Assembly: GCA_963789265.1 (NCBI GenBank)
Contig: CAWBKB010000001.1
Location: 928,001-992,000, forward strand
DNA length: 64,000 nucleotides
DNA from: an uncultured delta proteobacterium
GTDB taxonomy: Bacteria; Desulfobacterota; Desulfomonilia; Desulfomonilales; Desulfomonilaceae
Direction of reading: 5' to 3'
Positions within the stretch are counted from its first letter, which is position 1. Each line of letters starts with the position of its first letter. Under the pieces are notes generated by a model. That model ran no database searches. It saw only the letters and a list, made by a program, of their open reading frames with translations, and had not been told where the DNA came from. Positions 51,266 to 61,900 of this stretch are shown here, piece by piece. Position numbers and translations under genes: made by a program.

Positions 51266-51991
51266 TCAGTTTGTCGGCGCGGCACCTTGAGCGTCCGAGA
51301 TTTTCAGCAGGCTCTCGGTCATCTTCCTTATGTGTCCGTTGACATTCTTCACGGAGTCCAAAATGTCCAGATAAAGTGACGACGCTTTAGGAGAACAGAC
51401 TCCTCCGATCAACCTGTCCTCGTGGGCCAGAGCAAAATCCACTGTCATCTGACCCAATTTGCCCTGCTTGGCAAGCAAGTCGTCAGCAAGTGTGCGGTTG
51501 GGTGTCATCACGAGGTCTCCGAAGTCGGTGAGAATATTCGTCAGAAGGTCGAATAGTTGCTCCAGTTCGGCAAGGGCCTTGTCGCTGAACGGGATACCGT
51601 CGCGAGCCTTAGTCCTGACGACATTTATTATGCTTTCCAGGAGGTCTCCCGCTCGCTCCAGACGGCCTGGAAAGAGTACCACCGTCTTCAGGATGTCTCC
51701 CGCCGTGGCAGGCGAGCAAACGAGGTCCCCGGTAAGGCCTTTTTCTTCCTGATGGATCTCTAGGGCCAGACGTTCGCATTTGTCAATTTTCACCGGATCG
51801 GCAATGATCAGAGACTTGTAAATCAAACCCGCCATCTCGGCGAGCTTACTGATCATGATCAGCAGACCCTCTTCCAAACACGTGACCTCAGCAGGAGGGG
51901 ACTCGTAAATTTCAGCAAGCCGGGAAGCTTCAGCATCGAGCTTAGGGCTGATTATGCGGAAGGGGTTGAAGAAAACCTGTTTCTCCTTCAT
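51266..51991 (-). CDS. PhoU-domain protein (resembles Na/Pi cotransporter C-terminal region)
   Basis: LERAGD, FSDKALAEL, HEDRLIGGVCSPKASSLYLDIL; AAGGAGG RBS. Confidence 0.7.
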   Translation of the reverse strand: MKEKQVFFNPFRIISPKLDAEASRLAEIYESPPAEVTCLEEGLLIMISKLAEMAGLIYKSLIIADPVKIDKCERLALEIHQEEKGLTGDLVCSPATAGDILKTVVLFPGRLERAGDLLESIINVVRTKARDGIPFSDKALAELEQLFDLLTNILTDFGDLVMTPNRTLADDLLAKQGKLGQMTVDFALAHEDRLIGGVCSPKASSLYLDILDSVKNVNGHIRKMTESLLKISDAQGAAPTN

Positions 51992-52217
51992 CTGGAACGA
52001 CCTCCTTTAGGTTGCGTCTTCCTCCGGTCAAATTGAGCGAAGAGTCGCACCTGATGTTATCTACCTGTCCAAGATAGACAACAACATCCTCCTTTTGGTC
52101 CTTGGGATTTAAGTTCGACTCTTGAATCTAAAAGCTGTATTTTTACCATATTTGTATATTCTTGGACAGCGAAAAGATAAAGCATCCGCAATCCCTCACT
52201 TACGGGCGGCAAGAGAT

Positions 52218-52414
52218 TGTCATTGCGAGCGGAGCGAAGCAATCTCATTGGTGGGACCGCCCCACGGGGAACGCGGGATTGCCGGTCATCCGTTGCCGCG
52301 GACTTGAATCGGCGCATGTGGGGGCGGACCGGCGTGTCCGCCCAGGGCAGACACATAGGTCTGCCCCTACGGTGGATTCCCGCGTCCCGCGGGATTTCAC
52401 TCCTCGCAATGACA
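52218..52414. repeat. Nested REP-like composite
   Basis: Outer TGTCATTGCGAG/CTCGCAATGACA arms enclosing CGCGGGA mini-hairpins and a GTAG-type doublet (52318-52370). Confidence 0.75.
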
Positions 52415-52675
52415 GGAGCCCGAAGATTGCCCGCGGAAGTGAAGGATTACAAGCGGATTTGTTGCCCAGAATCATCGGTCTACGTAGGGGGATGCAACGA
52501 TCTTGGTTGACGACGCGGGTGCGGACGATAAATCGCCCGGCCACTTGCTGTCGCCACTCGGAGGCTCCCTGGCCGGGCACGGCAAACAATCGGGTCGAAA
52601 ATCACAAACACGGGGCTCGTTTACGTCTTGAATTGATCTATAATGTTTGACGGCAGGTCCTGAAAGGAAGACAGC

Positions 52676-53482
52676 ATGGAACCATACTCGAAGTTGGCGG
52701 CAGAAACTCTGGGCCGGATTCGTTGCTACAAACCGGTGGTTCACAGCATTACCAATTATGTGGTGATGAACTCCACCGCAAACGTGCTCCTGGCGATGGG
52801 CGCGTCTCCGATAATGGCTCATGCTCCGGAAGAAATTGAAGACATTATGCTTATCTCAAATTCGATGGTCATCAACATCGGGACTCTATCCAAGCATTGG
52901 ATCGAATCCATGACGCTTGCAGCACGCATGGCAAAGGTTGCAAGAAAGCCCTTTGTGCTGGACCCGGTAGGTGCCGGCGCGACGAACCTTCGCACTCAAA
53001 CCGCTTGCAACATCATCAACACGTCTGTTCCAACGGTCATACGAGGAAATGCATCGGAAATATTAGCGCTGTCGCCACAAGGAGGGATTACGAGGGGAGT
53101 GGATTCGGTTCACAGTGTGGAAGACGCGCTCGATGCGGCAAAGACCATAGCCCGCTCGCTCGGCACGGTCATCGCGGTTACAGGGGAAAAAGACTTGGTG
53201 ACCGATGGCGAGAACTCGCTGATTGTCACCGGCGGCCACTGCCTCATGAGTTTTGTGACCGGGACCGGATGCGCTGCCAGCGTGATAGTGGGCGCGTTCC
53301 TCGCGGAAGAAAGCAATCCCATCGTTGCGGCAGCTTCGGCCCTTGCCTTTTTCGGACTGGCAGGCGAAAAGGCCGCGGCTGAAGCTCCGACTCCCGGAAG
53401 CTTCTGGGTGAAAATGCTGGACGCTTTGTACACCATAACGCCCGAAGAACTCGAAGCAGAAGCCAGGATCAGCCGAATATGA
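52676..53482 (+). CDS. thiM: Hydroxyethylthiazole kinase
   Basis: PVVHSITNYVVMN, GASPIMA, INIGTL, LDPVGAGA, IRGNASEI, TGTGC. Confidence 0.95.
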   Translation: MEPYSKLAAETLGRIRCYKPVVHSITNYVVMNSTANVLLAMGASPIMAHAPEEIEDIMLISNSMVINIGTLSKHWIESMTLAARMAKVARKPFVLDPVGAGATNLRTQTACNIINTSVPTVIRGNASEILALSPQGGITRGVDSVHSVEDALDAAKTIARSLGTVIAVTGEKDLVTDGENSLIVTGGHCLMSFVTGTGCAASVIVGAFLAEESNPIVAAASALAFFGLAGEKAAAEAPTPGSFWVKMLDALYTITPEELEAEARISRI

Positions 53483-54144
53483 ACGCACCCTCATCCTGGG
53501 ATGTCTATCTCGTCACCGACCGTGCTTTCTCAAGAGGCCGATCTACATTGGAAATAGTAACGGCCGCGGTCGTCGGCGGGATCTCCGTTGTGCAACTCCG
53601 AGAAAAGGAATTGGACACCCGGAACTTATACGAGGAAGCACTGAAGATTCGGGACTTTTTGCGGTCCAGAGGGATCCCGCTGATCATAAACGATCGGATT
53701 GACCTCGCCCTGGCTTTGGACGCGGATGGAGTGCACTTGGGCCAAAACGATATGCCCGTTAACATTGCACGACGAATTCTCGGGCCGGATCGCATCATCG
53801 GGTTGTCAGTGGAGCGGCCGGCACAAATCAATGATGAAGCCGAAGCGTACGCGGACTACCTGGGAATTAGCCCCATTTTCTTGACCTCCACAAAACCGGA
53901 ACTAAATACTGCCTGGGGGCTTGAAGGCATAAGACGAGCCCGCGCCACGACGAGACTGCCGTTGGTCGCGATCGGTTCAATAAAAGCCGAGAATGCCAGG
54001 GAAGTGATCCGTGCCGGTGCCGACTGCGTAGCTGTGGTAACCGCAATCGTGGCTGCCGACGATCCCTCTGAGGCCGCTCGCTTACTTCGCGGCGAGGTGA
54101 AGGCTGGAAAAAAGGAGCGATCTGAAGCGCTTCGCTTTGTTTGA
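53479..54144 (+). CDS. thiE: Thiamine-phosphate synthase
   Basis: YLVTD, VQLREK, IINDRIDLA, GVHLGQND. Confidence 0.95.
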   Translation: MNAPSSWDVYLVTDRAFSRGRSTLEIVTAAVVGGISVVQLREKELDTRNLYEEALKIRDFLRSRGIPLIINDRIDLALALDADGVHLGQNDMPVNIARRILGPDRIIGLSVERPAQINDEAEAYADYLGISPIFLTSTKPELNTAWGLEGIRRARATTRLPLVAIGSIKAENAREVIRAGADCVAVVTAIVAADDPSEAARLLRGEVKAGKKERSEALRFV

Positions 54145-54273
54145 TCCGGGGGGTGTAGCGGGCAAAAGTTTCGTCCTGGTTCCCAGTCCCGCGTCTCGCG
54201 GGACGGGGAACCAGAAACTCAGCAGGACCGGCATCTTGCCGGTCGGCCGGAACGGTGAATAACCGGCAATCCC

Positions 54274-54466
54274 GCGGTCCATGCGGAACGAACCGTATCG
54301 TTCGCGTTTTTTTCTCGATTGATGCGGTTCTCCCGCGCAGAATGCGGGCTCACCAGCATCCTACGCCGATACCGACTCCGGTTCTCTGGTGGCAGCGACT
54401 GCCGGATTCATCCGGTGGAGCGAAAATGCCGCCGAAACCAACGCCTTCAGGCGGCGGAGCCTTCAC
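54274..54466 (+). mobile_element. IS200/IS605-like right-end element (copy 2)
   Basis: Near-identical to about 21937-22126; ends CGCCTTCAGGCGGCGGAGCCTTCAC. Confidence 0.55.
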
Positions 54467-54539
54467 TTAGATCTTACAGTCGAGGCAGAGCCTCTTCGAC
54501 AGGCATTCCCAGGCAGAGCCTGGGAACGAGGAAATACTA

Positions 54540-54703
54540 TCAAACAAGTGACAATCCCCGAGAGGATATGGTGGGGCAGGCATCCTGCCTGCCATTCGTC
54601 ATCCCGGACTTCGATCCGGGGTCCAGTCTGGATGCCCGCGTACGCGGGCATGACGACAGGCAAGATGCCTGTCCCACTAACTACACAGTGTCACTCGCTG
54701 GGA
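54540..54703. mobile_element. MITE-like element with imperfect TIRs wrapping REP pairs
   Basis: TCAAACAAGTGACA ... TGTCACTCGCTGGGA; internal GTGGGGCAGGCATCCTGCC / CAGGCAAGATGCCTGTCCCAC; no TSD confirmed. Confidence 0.5.
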
Positions 54704-54727
54704 AGCGAATCAGTATAAGGAGCGGCC

Positions 54728-56002
54728 ATGCGAGTTCTACTCATTTCGCCCAACAAAGAAGAGATCAACATGGTGACCTGGCCTTTGGGCCTGGCATGCG
54801 TGGCCGCGGCAACACAAAAGGCCGGTCATGATGTTAAGCTACTGGATTTGATGGATACAATTGATGCAGCAACGGCACTCGAAGAAGCGATACACGGGCT
54901 TCATCCCGATTTAATCGGAATCTCGGTGAGAAATATTGACGATCAGACTATGGAACCGCCCAAATTCCTGCTGGAGGAAGTCAAGGAAGTCATCGACGTT
55001 TGTCGAAGTCTTTCGAACGCGCCCATTGTCTTGGGAGGAGCCGGGTACAGCATTTTTCCGGAGAGCGCCTTGGAATTCCTCGGCGCGAATATGGGCATTC
55101 AGGGCGAGGGAGAGATCGCTTTCCCTGAACTACTCACGCGAATCGCGCAAGGCCGGGACCTTTCCGGAGTACCGGGTCTTTATCTCAGCAAAGTAGGACC
55201 ACAGAGCAAGAGAGAGTTATCCAAAGACCTCGACGAGTTTCCTCTTCCGGATTCTTCTTTGCTCTCTCCGGCTCGATACAACGATAAGGGGTTCTGGCTG
55301 CCGGTTCAGACACGGCGTGGATGCCCCATGAATTGCAGTTATTGTTCCACAGCCGCCATAGAAGGGTGCATTACTCGGAAGCGATCTCCTATCGTGGTTG
55401 TCCAATGGCTCACTGAGTGGATCAGAATCGGGTTAAGACAATTCTATTTTGTGGATAATACATTCAATTTGCCACCATCCTATGCTCGGAAGTTATGTTC
55501 GAAGATTATTGAGGCCGATCTTGATGTTGCCTGGCGTTGCATCCTCTACCCGGTGAGAATTGACGAGGAACTCGTCAGTCTTATGGCCGCATCCGGTTGC
55601 GCGGAGGTTAGCCTGGGGTTCGAGAGCGGCCACGAACTGATCTTGCACGGAATGAACAAACGCTTCAAACCTGATGACGTACGCCACACAAGCGATCTGC
55701 TGGGCAGGCATGGTATACGTCGCATGGGATTTCTGCTTTTGGGCGGACCAGGAGAGACTAAGGAATCGGCACTGGAAAGCCTCGAATTTGCTGACTCCCT
55801 TAATTTGGAGGCGATGAAGGTCAGTGCGGGCATTCGAATTTACCCGTACACGGTTCTTGCCGACGTGGCCCGGAAGGAAGGAGTCATATCGCCGAACGAC
55901 AGCTTACTGTTTCCTCGGTTTTATGTCGTTCAAGGGCTTGAAGATTGGCTTCACGAAACGGTAAAGGAGTGGGCCGCGGACCGGCCGAATTGGATGACTT
56001 GA
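54728..56002 (+). CDS. Cobalamin-binding radical SAM protein
   Basis: N-terminal B12-binding region (PLGLA, IGISVRN, GGAG), RGCPMNCSYC, FVDNTFN, GFESG. Confidence 0.88.
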   Translation: MRVLLISPNKEEINMVTWPLGLACVAAATQKAGHDVKLLDLMDTIDAATALEEAIHGLHPDLIGISVRNIDDQTMEPPKFLLEEVKEVIDVCRSLSNAPIVLGGAGYSIFPESALEFLGANMGIQGEGEIAFPELLTRIAQGRDLSGVPGLYLSKVGPQSKRELSKDLDEFPLPDSSLLSPARYNDKGFWLPVQTRRGCPMNCSYCSTAAIEGCITRKRSPIVVVQWLTEWIRIGLRQFYFVDNTFNLPPSYARKLCSKIIEADLDVAWRCILYPVRIDEELVSLMAASGCAEVSLGFESGHELILHGMNKRFKPDDVRHTSDLLGRHGIRRMGFLLLGGPGETKESALESLEFADSLNLEAMKVSAGIRIYPYTVLADVARKEGVISPNDSLLFPRFYVVQGLEDWLHETVKEWAADRPNWMT

Positions 56003-56150
56003 GCATTAGAGTTGAGGAGTGCAAATTGGGACAGCTTAAGTGATGGAATTGGTTGACTAAGACACGTGTGGCAACGTATGCTCCTGAATCACTAAAGAGC
56101 CCTAATGGCCGAAGATCGTTCAGTTCCGGGCCATCAAACAGGAGCACAAC

Positions 56151-56855
56151 ATGCCTAAACATCTGGGAATTGTTGCTTGCAGCGCGGAGGGAGCAGCCCT
56201 CTGCTACCGCACTTTTTGCGAGGAAGCGCCTGCAATCATGGGTGAGCACTTTCATCCGGAAGTTTCAATGCATACTCATTCTCTTGGCGATTATATGGTA
56301 CACGTCGTGCGTGAAGATTGGGAGCAAGTTGCTGAATTAATGCTTTCATCCGTGCGCAAATTGGCCCAAATCGGCGCACAATTTGCTGTATGCCCTGATA
56401 ATACGGCTCATCAGGCGTTCGATCTGATGATACCAAGATCCCCAATACCCTGGCTCCATATTGCGGAAGTTGTGGCAGCGGAGGCGAAAAACAAAGGATT
56501 TAAGACTCTCGCTCTCACCGGTACGAAGTATTTGATGACCGGGCCCGTGTACCCGCGGGCTCTGGAGAAATTCGGGCTCTCCTGCAAAATTCCGGACGAG
56601 AACGATCGCGAAACCATCGATAAAATCATCTTCGGCGAACTGGTGTACGGCGTGTTCCAGGAGAAATCCCGCCTGTATTTCAATGCGGTAATTCAGAAGC
56701 TCAAAGATCTAGGATGTGATGCAGTGATCATGGGTTGTACCGAGATTCCGCTGTTGATCGATCCCAATGATTGTCCATTACCGACCCTCGATTCCACACG
56801 CCTGCTCGCAAGAGCCGCCATAAAGGAAGCTTTGGTGGAGAAAAGCGGGCAATAA
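56151..56855 (+). CDS. Aspartate/glutamate racemase family protein
   Basis: CPDNTAH, PWLHIA, IMGCTEIPL; AGGAG RBS. Confidence 0.85.
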   Translation: MPKHLGIVACSAEGAALCYRTFCEEAPAIMGEHFHPEVSMHTHSLGDYMVHVVREDWEQVAELMLSSVRKLAQIGAQFAVCPDNTAHQAFDLMIPRSPIPWLHIAEVVAAEAKNKGFKTLALTGTKYLMTGPVYPRALEKFGLSCKIPDENDRETIDKIIFGELVYGVFQEKSRLYFNAVIQKLKDLGCDAVIMGCTEIPLLIDPNDCPLPTLDSTRLLARAAIKEALVEKSGQ

Positions 56856-56973
56856 ATCAGGAGCAGGCAGAATGCTCACCGCTTGTGCGCGACGCGATGA
56901 AGCCGCGAGTCGCGGGGAAACCGCATCAACTGCGCTCTTCCCTCGATCCATGCGGATCGTCCAGCGTTCCGCG

Positions 56974-57151
56974 CATTCGCGTTAAGTTAAGGCAATTTCG
57001 TTCCCTTTCAAGAGGTGAATGCAGGCCGAGAGCGATCAAAGTCCCCCTTTTCTAAAGGGGGATTTAGGGGGATTTTCAATGAGTTATCCCAAAATCCCCC
57101 CTGGCCCCCCTTTACGAAAGGGGGGAATAAGTCGTTATCTTAACGCCCATG
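56974..57151. mobile_element. 178-bp MITE, 11-bp TSD; inverted copy of 22654-22833
   Basis: CATTCGCGTTAAGTTAA ... TTATCTTAACGCCCATG flanked by AGCGTTCCGCG at 56963-56973 and 57152-57162. Confidence 0.8.
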
Positions 57152-57263
57152 AGCGTTCCGCGAGATTCATCCCATCTTGCCAAAGCCTGCGGCCTCAAAA
57201 GGACCATATATGTAGCCATACAACGGTATGGCTTAGGTTGCATGTCTGTGATAAACTAAGATC

Positions 57264-57555
57264 GTGACAACGGCACATTTCGATTGGGACCCAAGCAAGG
57301 ACCTCGAAAACCAGCAAAAGCATGGAGTCTCCTTTGCGGATGCTCAATACGCTTTTGCCGATTCGCGCCGTGTCATCGCTGAAGACTTAGGTCACAGCGG
57401 GAAAGAAAGGCGCTACTATTGCTTCGGGAAGGTCGGTGGCGGAGTTCTCACTGTTCGGTTTACGTTTCGCAGCGACGTAATCCGCATTATAGGAGCCGGA
57501 TATTGGCGGAAAGGTAGGGCGATTTATCGAGCGCGAAAATAAAATACACGAATGA
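57264..57555 (+). CDS. brnT: BrnT-family toxin (extra base at 57528 alters C-terminus)
   Basis: FDWDPSKDLENQQKHGVSF, ERR, LTVRFT, IRIIGA; removing C57528 gives ...IYERENKIHE-stop. Confidence 0.8.
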
Positions 57556-57808
57556 ACCACTGGGTGAACTCAAGATAGTTCCTGATTTCCTACCCTCTAC
57601 TGAGGAACTCGCATTTCGAGAGGAATCGGTCAAGGTGACAATTTCGCTCAGCAAGAAAAGCGTTGACTATTTCAAGTCTCAGGCCGCGAAACATCATACT
57701 CAGTATCAACGCATCATTCGGCGGTTACTAGATGTTTATGTGGATGCACAGTCGAGTGCATCCACAAGTCGCTCAACACGAACTCCCGGCGAGCGGGCGG
57801 CCGGTTAG
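57526..57808 (+). CDS. BrnA/CopG-type antitoxin (start ATG interrupted by C57528)
   Basis: Hand translation (M)SAKIKYTNEPLGELKIVPDFLP...VKVTISLSKKSVDYFK...YQRIIRRLLD; absent from the ORF track because the start reads AT-C-G. Confidence 0.75.
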
Positions 57809-58177
57809 TCCCTGCAGGAGAGGATTAGTTTGCGAATAGTGGTGAATCGCATCATTCCTATTCCTTACGCGAGCAACGCGGTTCACCCCGTGAAACGCGG
57901 GATTCACCGCTTCCTACCAAAACTTGTGTGGTCACCGCATACTACAAACACTTTTTAGCTTCGTCCGACATGTTCCAAGCTAATTCTCTGTGGGTAATTG
58001 CCACAGTTGCGCATCCGATCCGCTCTTAAGAGCGCTTTCAGCGGAAGTGCTTTTCTTTACAGCCTGTCAAAAAACACTACACCTGCGAACCTCTCCGGCC
58101 TTAGAACCGAATTCCAGGCACTGTAAATAATTGCCGCTATTTTCAGCAAGTTGCACGACTCCGAGGTATCTCAAACC

Positions 58178-58194
58178 TTGGCATGGGAATTGCT
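58178..58194 (+). promoter_or_regulatory. Sigma54 promoter for hox operon
   Basis: TTGGCATGGGAATTGCT matches TGGCAC-N5-TTGCW with GG-N10-GC spacing. Confidence 0.75.
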
Positions 58195-58376
58195 CACCCT
58201 GATAGTTGTATTGGGGCAGAGAAGATGACGCCTCAGCAAGGACGCGGGGCTTACGTGCAGTGCACTGGTTTCAGGACAATCGCAAAAAATGGGGCCAAGC
58301 GCTGCAAAACCACCATTTAAGGAATGATGAACTAGAACCGACGAAAGCTACCAATATCAAGCAGAAGGGAGAAGCT

Positions 58377-58883
58377 ATGGAAGCAACTACGCAAGAGTCT
58401 CCCAAGCCGGCCGAGGACCGTCGATGGCGAATGGTAAACAGGACCATGCGCCTTCACGGCAACGAACCACACGCTCTCATTGAAACCCTGCACGCAGTGC
58501 AGGAATCCTTTGGGTTCCTGGATCCGGATGGGCTGAAATACGTGGCCGGTGCGCTCCGGGTCCCACTGAGTCAAGTTTACGGAGTAGCCACCTTTTATCA
58601 CTTCTTTGCACTTAAGCCGCCGGGAGAACATACCTGCGTGGTCTGTAAAGGCACAGCCTGCTACATCGGCGGAGCCCAGGCGATTTTGAAAGCGATTGAG
58701 GGAGACATTGGAATCAGCCCTGGAGAGACCACCCTGGACGGGCAGATATCTCTCGTCACCGCGCGTTGTATGGGGTCCTGCGGCTTAGCTCCGGCGGTGG
58801 TATTTGATGGAGAGGTGCGTGGCAGAATGAATCCGCCTGCCGTACTTGAGCAAATAGGGAGGTGGAAGAGCTATGACGCTTGA
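58377..58883 (+). CDS. hoxE: Bidirectional hydrogenase diaphorase subunit HoxE
   Basis: [46 protein letters not shown]. Confidence 0.9.
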   Translation: MEATTQESPKPAEDRRWRMVNRTMRLHGNEPHALIETLHAVQESFGFLDPDGLKYVAGALRVPLSQVYGVATFYHFFALKPPGEHTCVVCKGTACYIGGAQAILKAIEGDIGISPGETTLDGQISLVTARCMGSCGLAPAVVFDGEVRGRMNPPAVLEQIGRWKSYDA

Positions 58884-60519
58884 AGAACTCCAAGAAATAG
58901 CAAAGATCGAAAAAGAGAGGCAAGAGGGGTTTCAGCATCGCATCAACGTATGTGTTGCGGCGGGTTGTCTTTCGTGTGGGAGCGGTACGGTCAAGGAAGC
59001 GTTGGAGCAAGAGGTAAGCCGCCGGGGTCTGGAGAGTTGGTGCGAGGTAAAAGGCGTGGGCTGTCTGGGCCTGTGCACGGCCGGGCCTCTGATTTCCATC
59101 GATCCTGAGGGCCCTCTTTACCAGGGAGTGAATGTTTCGGATGCCGGAGAGATCGTTGAGGCTCTTGGCGGTGCACCGATAAGCCGCCTCGACTGTTCCG
59201 GCCAGATGCCCTTTTTCAAACGTCAGCAGAAGATCGTGTTGGAGAATTGCGGCAAGATCGATCCCGAACGCATCGAGGATTACATTGCGCAAGGCGGTTA
59301 CGAGGCCCTGTACAATTCCTTGAGATCAATGACGCCCGCTGGAGTCATTGAACAGATGGTTCGCAGTGGATTGAGAGGCCGCGGTGGAGCCGGTTTCCCA
59401 AGCGGCTTGAAGTGGACCGCAGTGTCCAAAGCGGCCAGCGGAACTAAATTTGTAGTATGCAACGCGGATGAAGGCGATCCCGGCGCATTCATGGATCGCA
59501 GCGTATTGGAAAGCGATCCTCATCGAGTCATAGAGGGCATGGCAATAGCCGCTTTTGCCGTGGGTGCTTCTCATGGATTCATTTATCTGCGTGCCGAATA
59601 CCCCCTGGCAGTGAAGCGTGTTCGAACTGCCTTAGCCAAGGCAGAGCGCATGGGATTGTTAGGCAATAACATCTTCAACACGACATTTAATTTTGACGTG
59701 AAGGTCAGATTGGGTGCCGGAGCATTTGTCTGCGGTGAAGAAACCGCCCTTCTCGCGTCGATAGAGGGCAGACGCGGCGCCCCTCGCCCGCGGCCTCCGT
59801 TCCCCGCTGAAATGGGCCTTTGGGGCTATCCGACCCTTATCAATAACGTGGAGACTTTCGCCAATGTTCCTCCGATCATACGCAGGGGCGGAGATTGGTT
59901 CGCCGGTATCGGCACGGAGAAGAGCAAAGGGACGAAGGTCTTCGCCCTGGCAGGTCGTGTCACCAATACCGGTCTAATCGAAGTCCCTATGGGCACGAAG
60001 CTGCGCGACATCGTGTTCGACATTGGTGGTGGCATCCCTGAGGGGCGTAAATTTAAAGCTGTACAGACCGGAGGCCCTTCCGGAGGCTGCATCCCGGAAC
60101 AACACCTCGATATGCCTGTGGATTACGAGTCGCTGGCACAAGTCGGCTCAATCATGGGTTCCGGCGGCCTGATCATTATGGACGAAACCTCATGTATGGT
60201 GGACGTGGCGAAATTCTTCATGGAGTTCTGTATGAGCGAATCGTGCGGCAAGTGTGTGCCGTGCCGGGTAGGAACAACGCAGATCCACAATCTGCTGTGC
60301 AAAATAACGAACGGGGACGGAAAGCCGGGAGATATACCATTGCTGGAAGAACTGGCCGATCTGGTCAAGAACACCAGTCTGTGCGGACTCGGCCAAACCG
60401 CTCCCAATCCGGTGATGAGCACGCTGCGCTATTTTCGGGACGAATATCTGGCGCACATCAAGGAGAAAAACTGCCCCGCGGGTGCATGCAGCATCAACGG
60501 CTCCAAGGAGGCACAATGA
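58873..60519 (+). CDS. hoxF: Diaphorase subunit HoxF (NuoF-like)
   Basis: [47 protein letters not shown]-terminal Cys cluster. Confidence 0.92.
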   Translation: MTLEELQEIAKIEKERQEGFQHRINVCVAAGCLSCGSGTVKEALEQEVSRRGLESWCEVKGVGCLGLCTAGPLISIDPEGPLYQGVNVSDAGEIVEALGGAPISRLDCSGQMPFFKRQQKIVLENCGKIDPERIEDYIAQGGYEALYNSLRSMTPAGVIEQMVRSGLRGRGGAGFPSGLKWTAVSKAASGTKFVVCNADEGDPGAFMDRSVLESDPHRVIEGMAIAAFAVGASHGFIYLRAEYPLAVKRVRTALAKAERMGLLGNNIFNTTFNFDVKVRLGAGAFVCGEETALLASIEGRRGAPRPRPPFPAEMGLWGYPTLINNVETFANVPPIIRRGGDWFAGIGTEKSKGTKVFALAGRVTNTGLIEVPMGTKLRDIVFDIGGGIPEGRKFKAVQTGGPSGGCIPEQHLDMPVDYESLAQVGSIMGSGGLIIMDETSCMVDVAKFFMEFCMSESCGKCVPCRVGTTQIHNLLCKITNGDGKPGDIPLLEELADLVKNTSLCGLGQTAPNPVMSTLRYFRDEYLAHIKEKNCPAGACSINGSKEAQ

Positions 60520-61280
60520 GAACCCCAGGCTTCATCAAAAGCGAAAAAGTGCGGACAGATCTTAATCCGGTACGTCTCCTGACGTTCAAGATTGATGGTC
60601 GAGATGTCAGTGCACGCGAGGACGAGACGATTCTGACTGTGGCCCGTGAGAACGGCATCAAGATTCCAACTCTCTGCCATCTCGACGGACTGTCGGAACG
60701 CGGAGCTTGCCGGCTCTGCATTGTTGAAGTCAAGGGTTCTCCAAAGCTGGTGCCGTCATGCGTGACAGTGCCGCGACAAGATATGGAAGTTATTACTAAT
60801 TCCGATAAGGTAGTTGATTACCGCAAGAAAATCCTTGAGCTTCTCTTCACAGAGCGCAATCACGTCTGCTCGGTTTGCGTGTCGAATGGGCATTGCGAAC
60901 TGCAAGCTCTCACCGTCGATCTAGGTATGACGCACGTTCATTACGACTATATATATCCTCGCCATTCCATAGATGCCACGCACGAGCGGTTTTCGATTGA
61001 CCACAATCGCTGCATCCTCTGCCAGAGATGCATTCGGGTGTGTGACGAGATTGAAGGCGGCCACACCTGGGATCTGATGGGACGCGGGATTGCGGCCAGA
61101 GTCATAACCGATCTTAACGAACCGTGGGGCTCTTCCGAAACGTGTACGGGTTGCGGCAAGTGCGTACACGTCTGCCCGACCGGGGCACTCTCCGAAAAGG
61201 GCAAGTCTGTTGCGGAAATGACCAAACGCCGGCAGTTCTTGCCGTACCTGCAAGCAATGCGGGGGGAGGGAGCGAAATGA
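60516..61280 (+). CDS. hoxU: Diaphorase subunit HoxU
   Basis: IPTLC, GACRLC, HVCSVC...[30 protein letters not shown] before ATG 60516. Confidence 0.92.
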   Translation: MRTPGFIKSEKVRTDLNPVRLLTFKIDGRDVSAREDETILTVARENGIKIPTLCHLDGLSERGACRLCIVEVKGSPKLVPSCVTVPRQDMEVITNSDKVVDYRKKILELLFTERNHVCSVCVSNGHCELQALTVDLGMTHVHYDYIYPRHSIDATHERFSIDHNRCILCQRCIRVCDEIEGGHTWDLMGRGIAARVITDLNEPWGSSETCTGCGKCVHVCPTGALSEKGKSVAEMTKRRQFLPYLQAMRGEGAK

Positions 61281-61882
61281 GCGAGGACAAGAAGAAAAAG
61301 GCTCAGAAAGAAGCTCCGCCTTCAGGCGATACAAAGGAAGCCTCTGCCATGAAGAAAGTTCGCATCGCCACGACATGGCTTGATGGTTGTTCCGGTTGCC
61401 ACATGTCGTTTCTCGATCTTGACGAGCGAATACTCGACGTGGTCGGCAGAATTGAAATGGTTTACGGCCCCTTGGTAGATTTTAAAGAATTTCCCGAAGG
61501 AGTGGATGTCACCCTCATAGAAGGTGCGGTCAGCAGCCGCGAGGATGAGGAGAAGGTTCGACTTATCCGCAACAGATCGTATCTTGTGGTCTCCTTTGGA
61601 GACTGCGCGGTCACAGCCAATGTTCCTGCCATGCGCAACCAATTTAAGATCGACGAAATACTGACGCGGAGCTATGTGGAAAACGCGACTGCTCAGCAGG
61701 CCATCCCAAACGTGAACGTTCCTCGTTTGCTGAAAAAAGCCCGGCCGGTTCATGAATTCATCAATGTGGATGTGTTCCTCCCCGGTTGTCCTCCTCCGCC
61801 CGACGCAGTCCTGTTTGCAATCAGCGAGCTTCTCGAGGGGCGCATACCCGACCTTTCGGGGAGAACTCGCTTTGGAGCCTAA
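61277..61882 (+). CDS. hoxY: NiFe hydrogenase small subunit HoxY
   Basis: [24 protein letters not shown]. Confidence 0.92.
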   Translation: MSEDKKKKAQKEAPPSGDTKEASAMKKVRIATTWLDGCSGCHMSFLDLDERILDVVGRIEMVYGPLVDFKEFPEGVDVTLIEGAVSSREDEEKVRLIRNRSYLVVSFGDCAVTANVPAMRNQFKIDEILTRSYVENATAQQAIPNVNVPRLLKKARPVHEFINVDVFLPGCPPPPDAVLFAISELLEGRIPDLSGRTRFGA

Positions 61883-61900
61883 CCCCACACGGGAGGTAGC

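Noticed and set aside
60192..60515. N-terminal extensions of HoxU, HoxY, RimP, Hsp20 and InfB in the ORF track
   Set aside because: They overlap upstream genes or the tRNA, or lack an RBS; downstream starts have clear RBSs.
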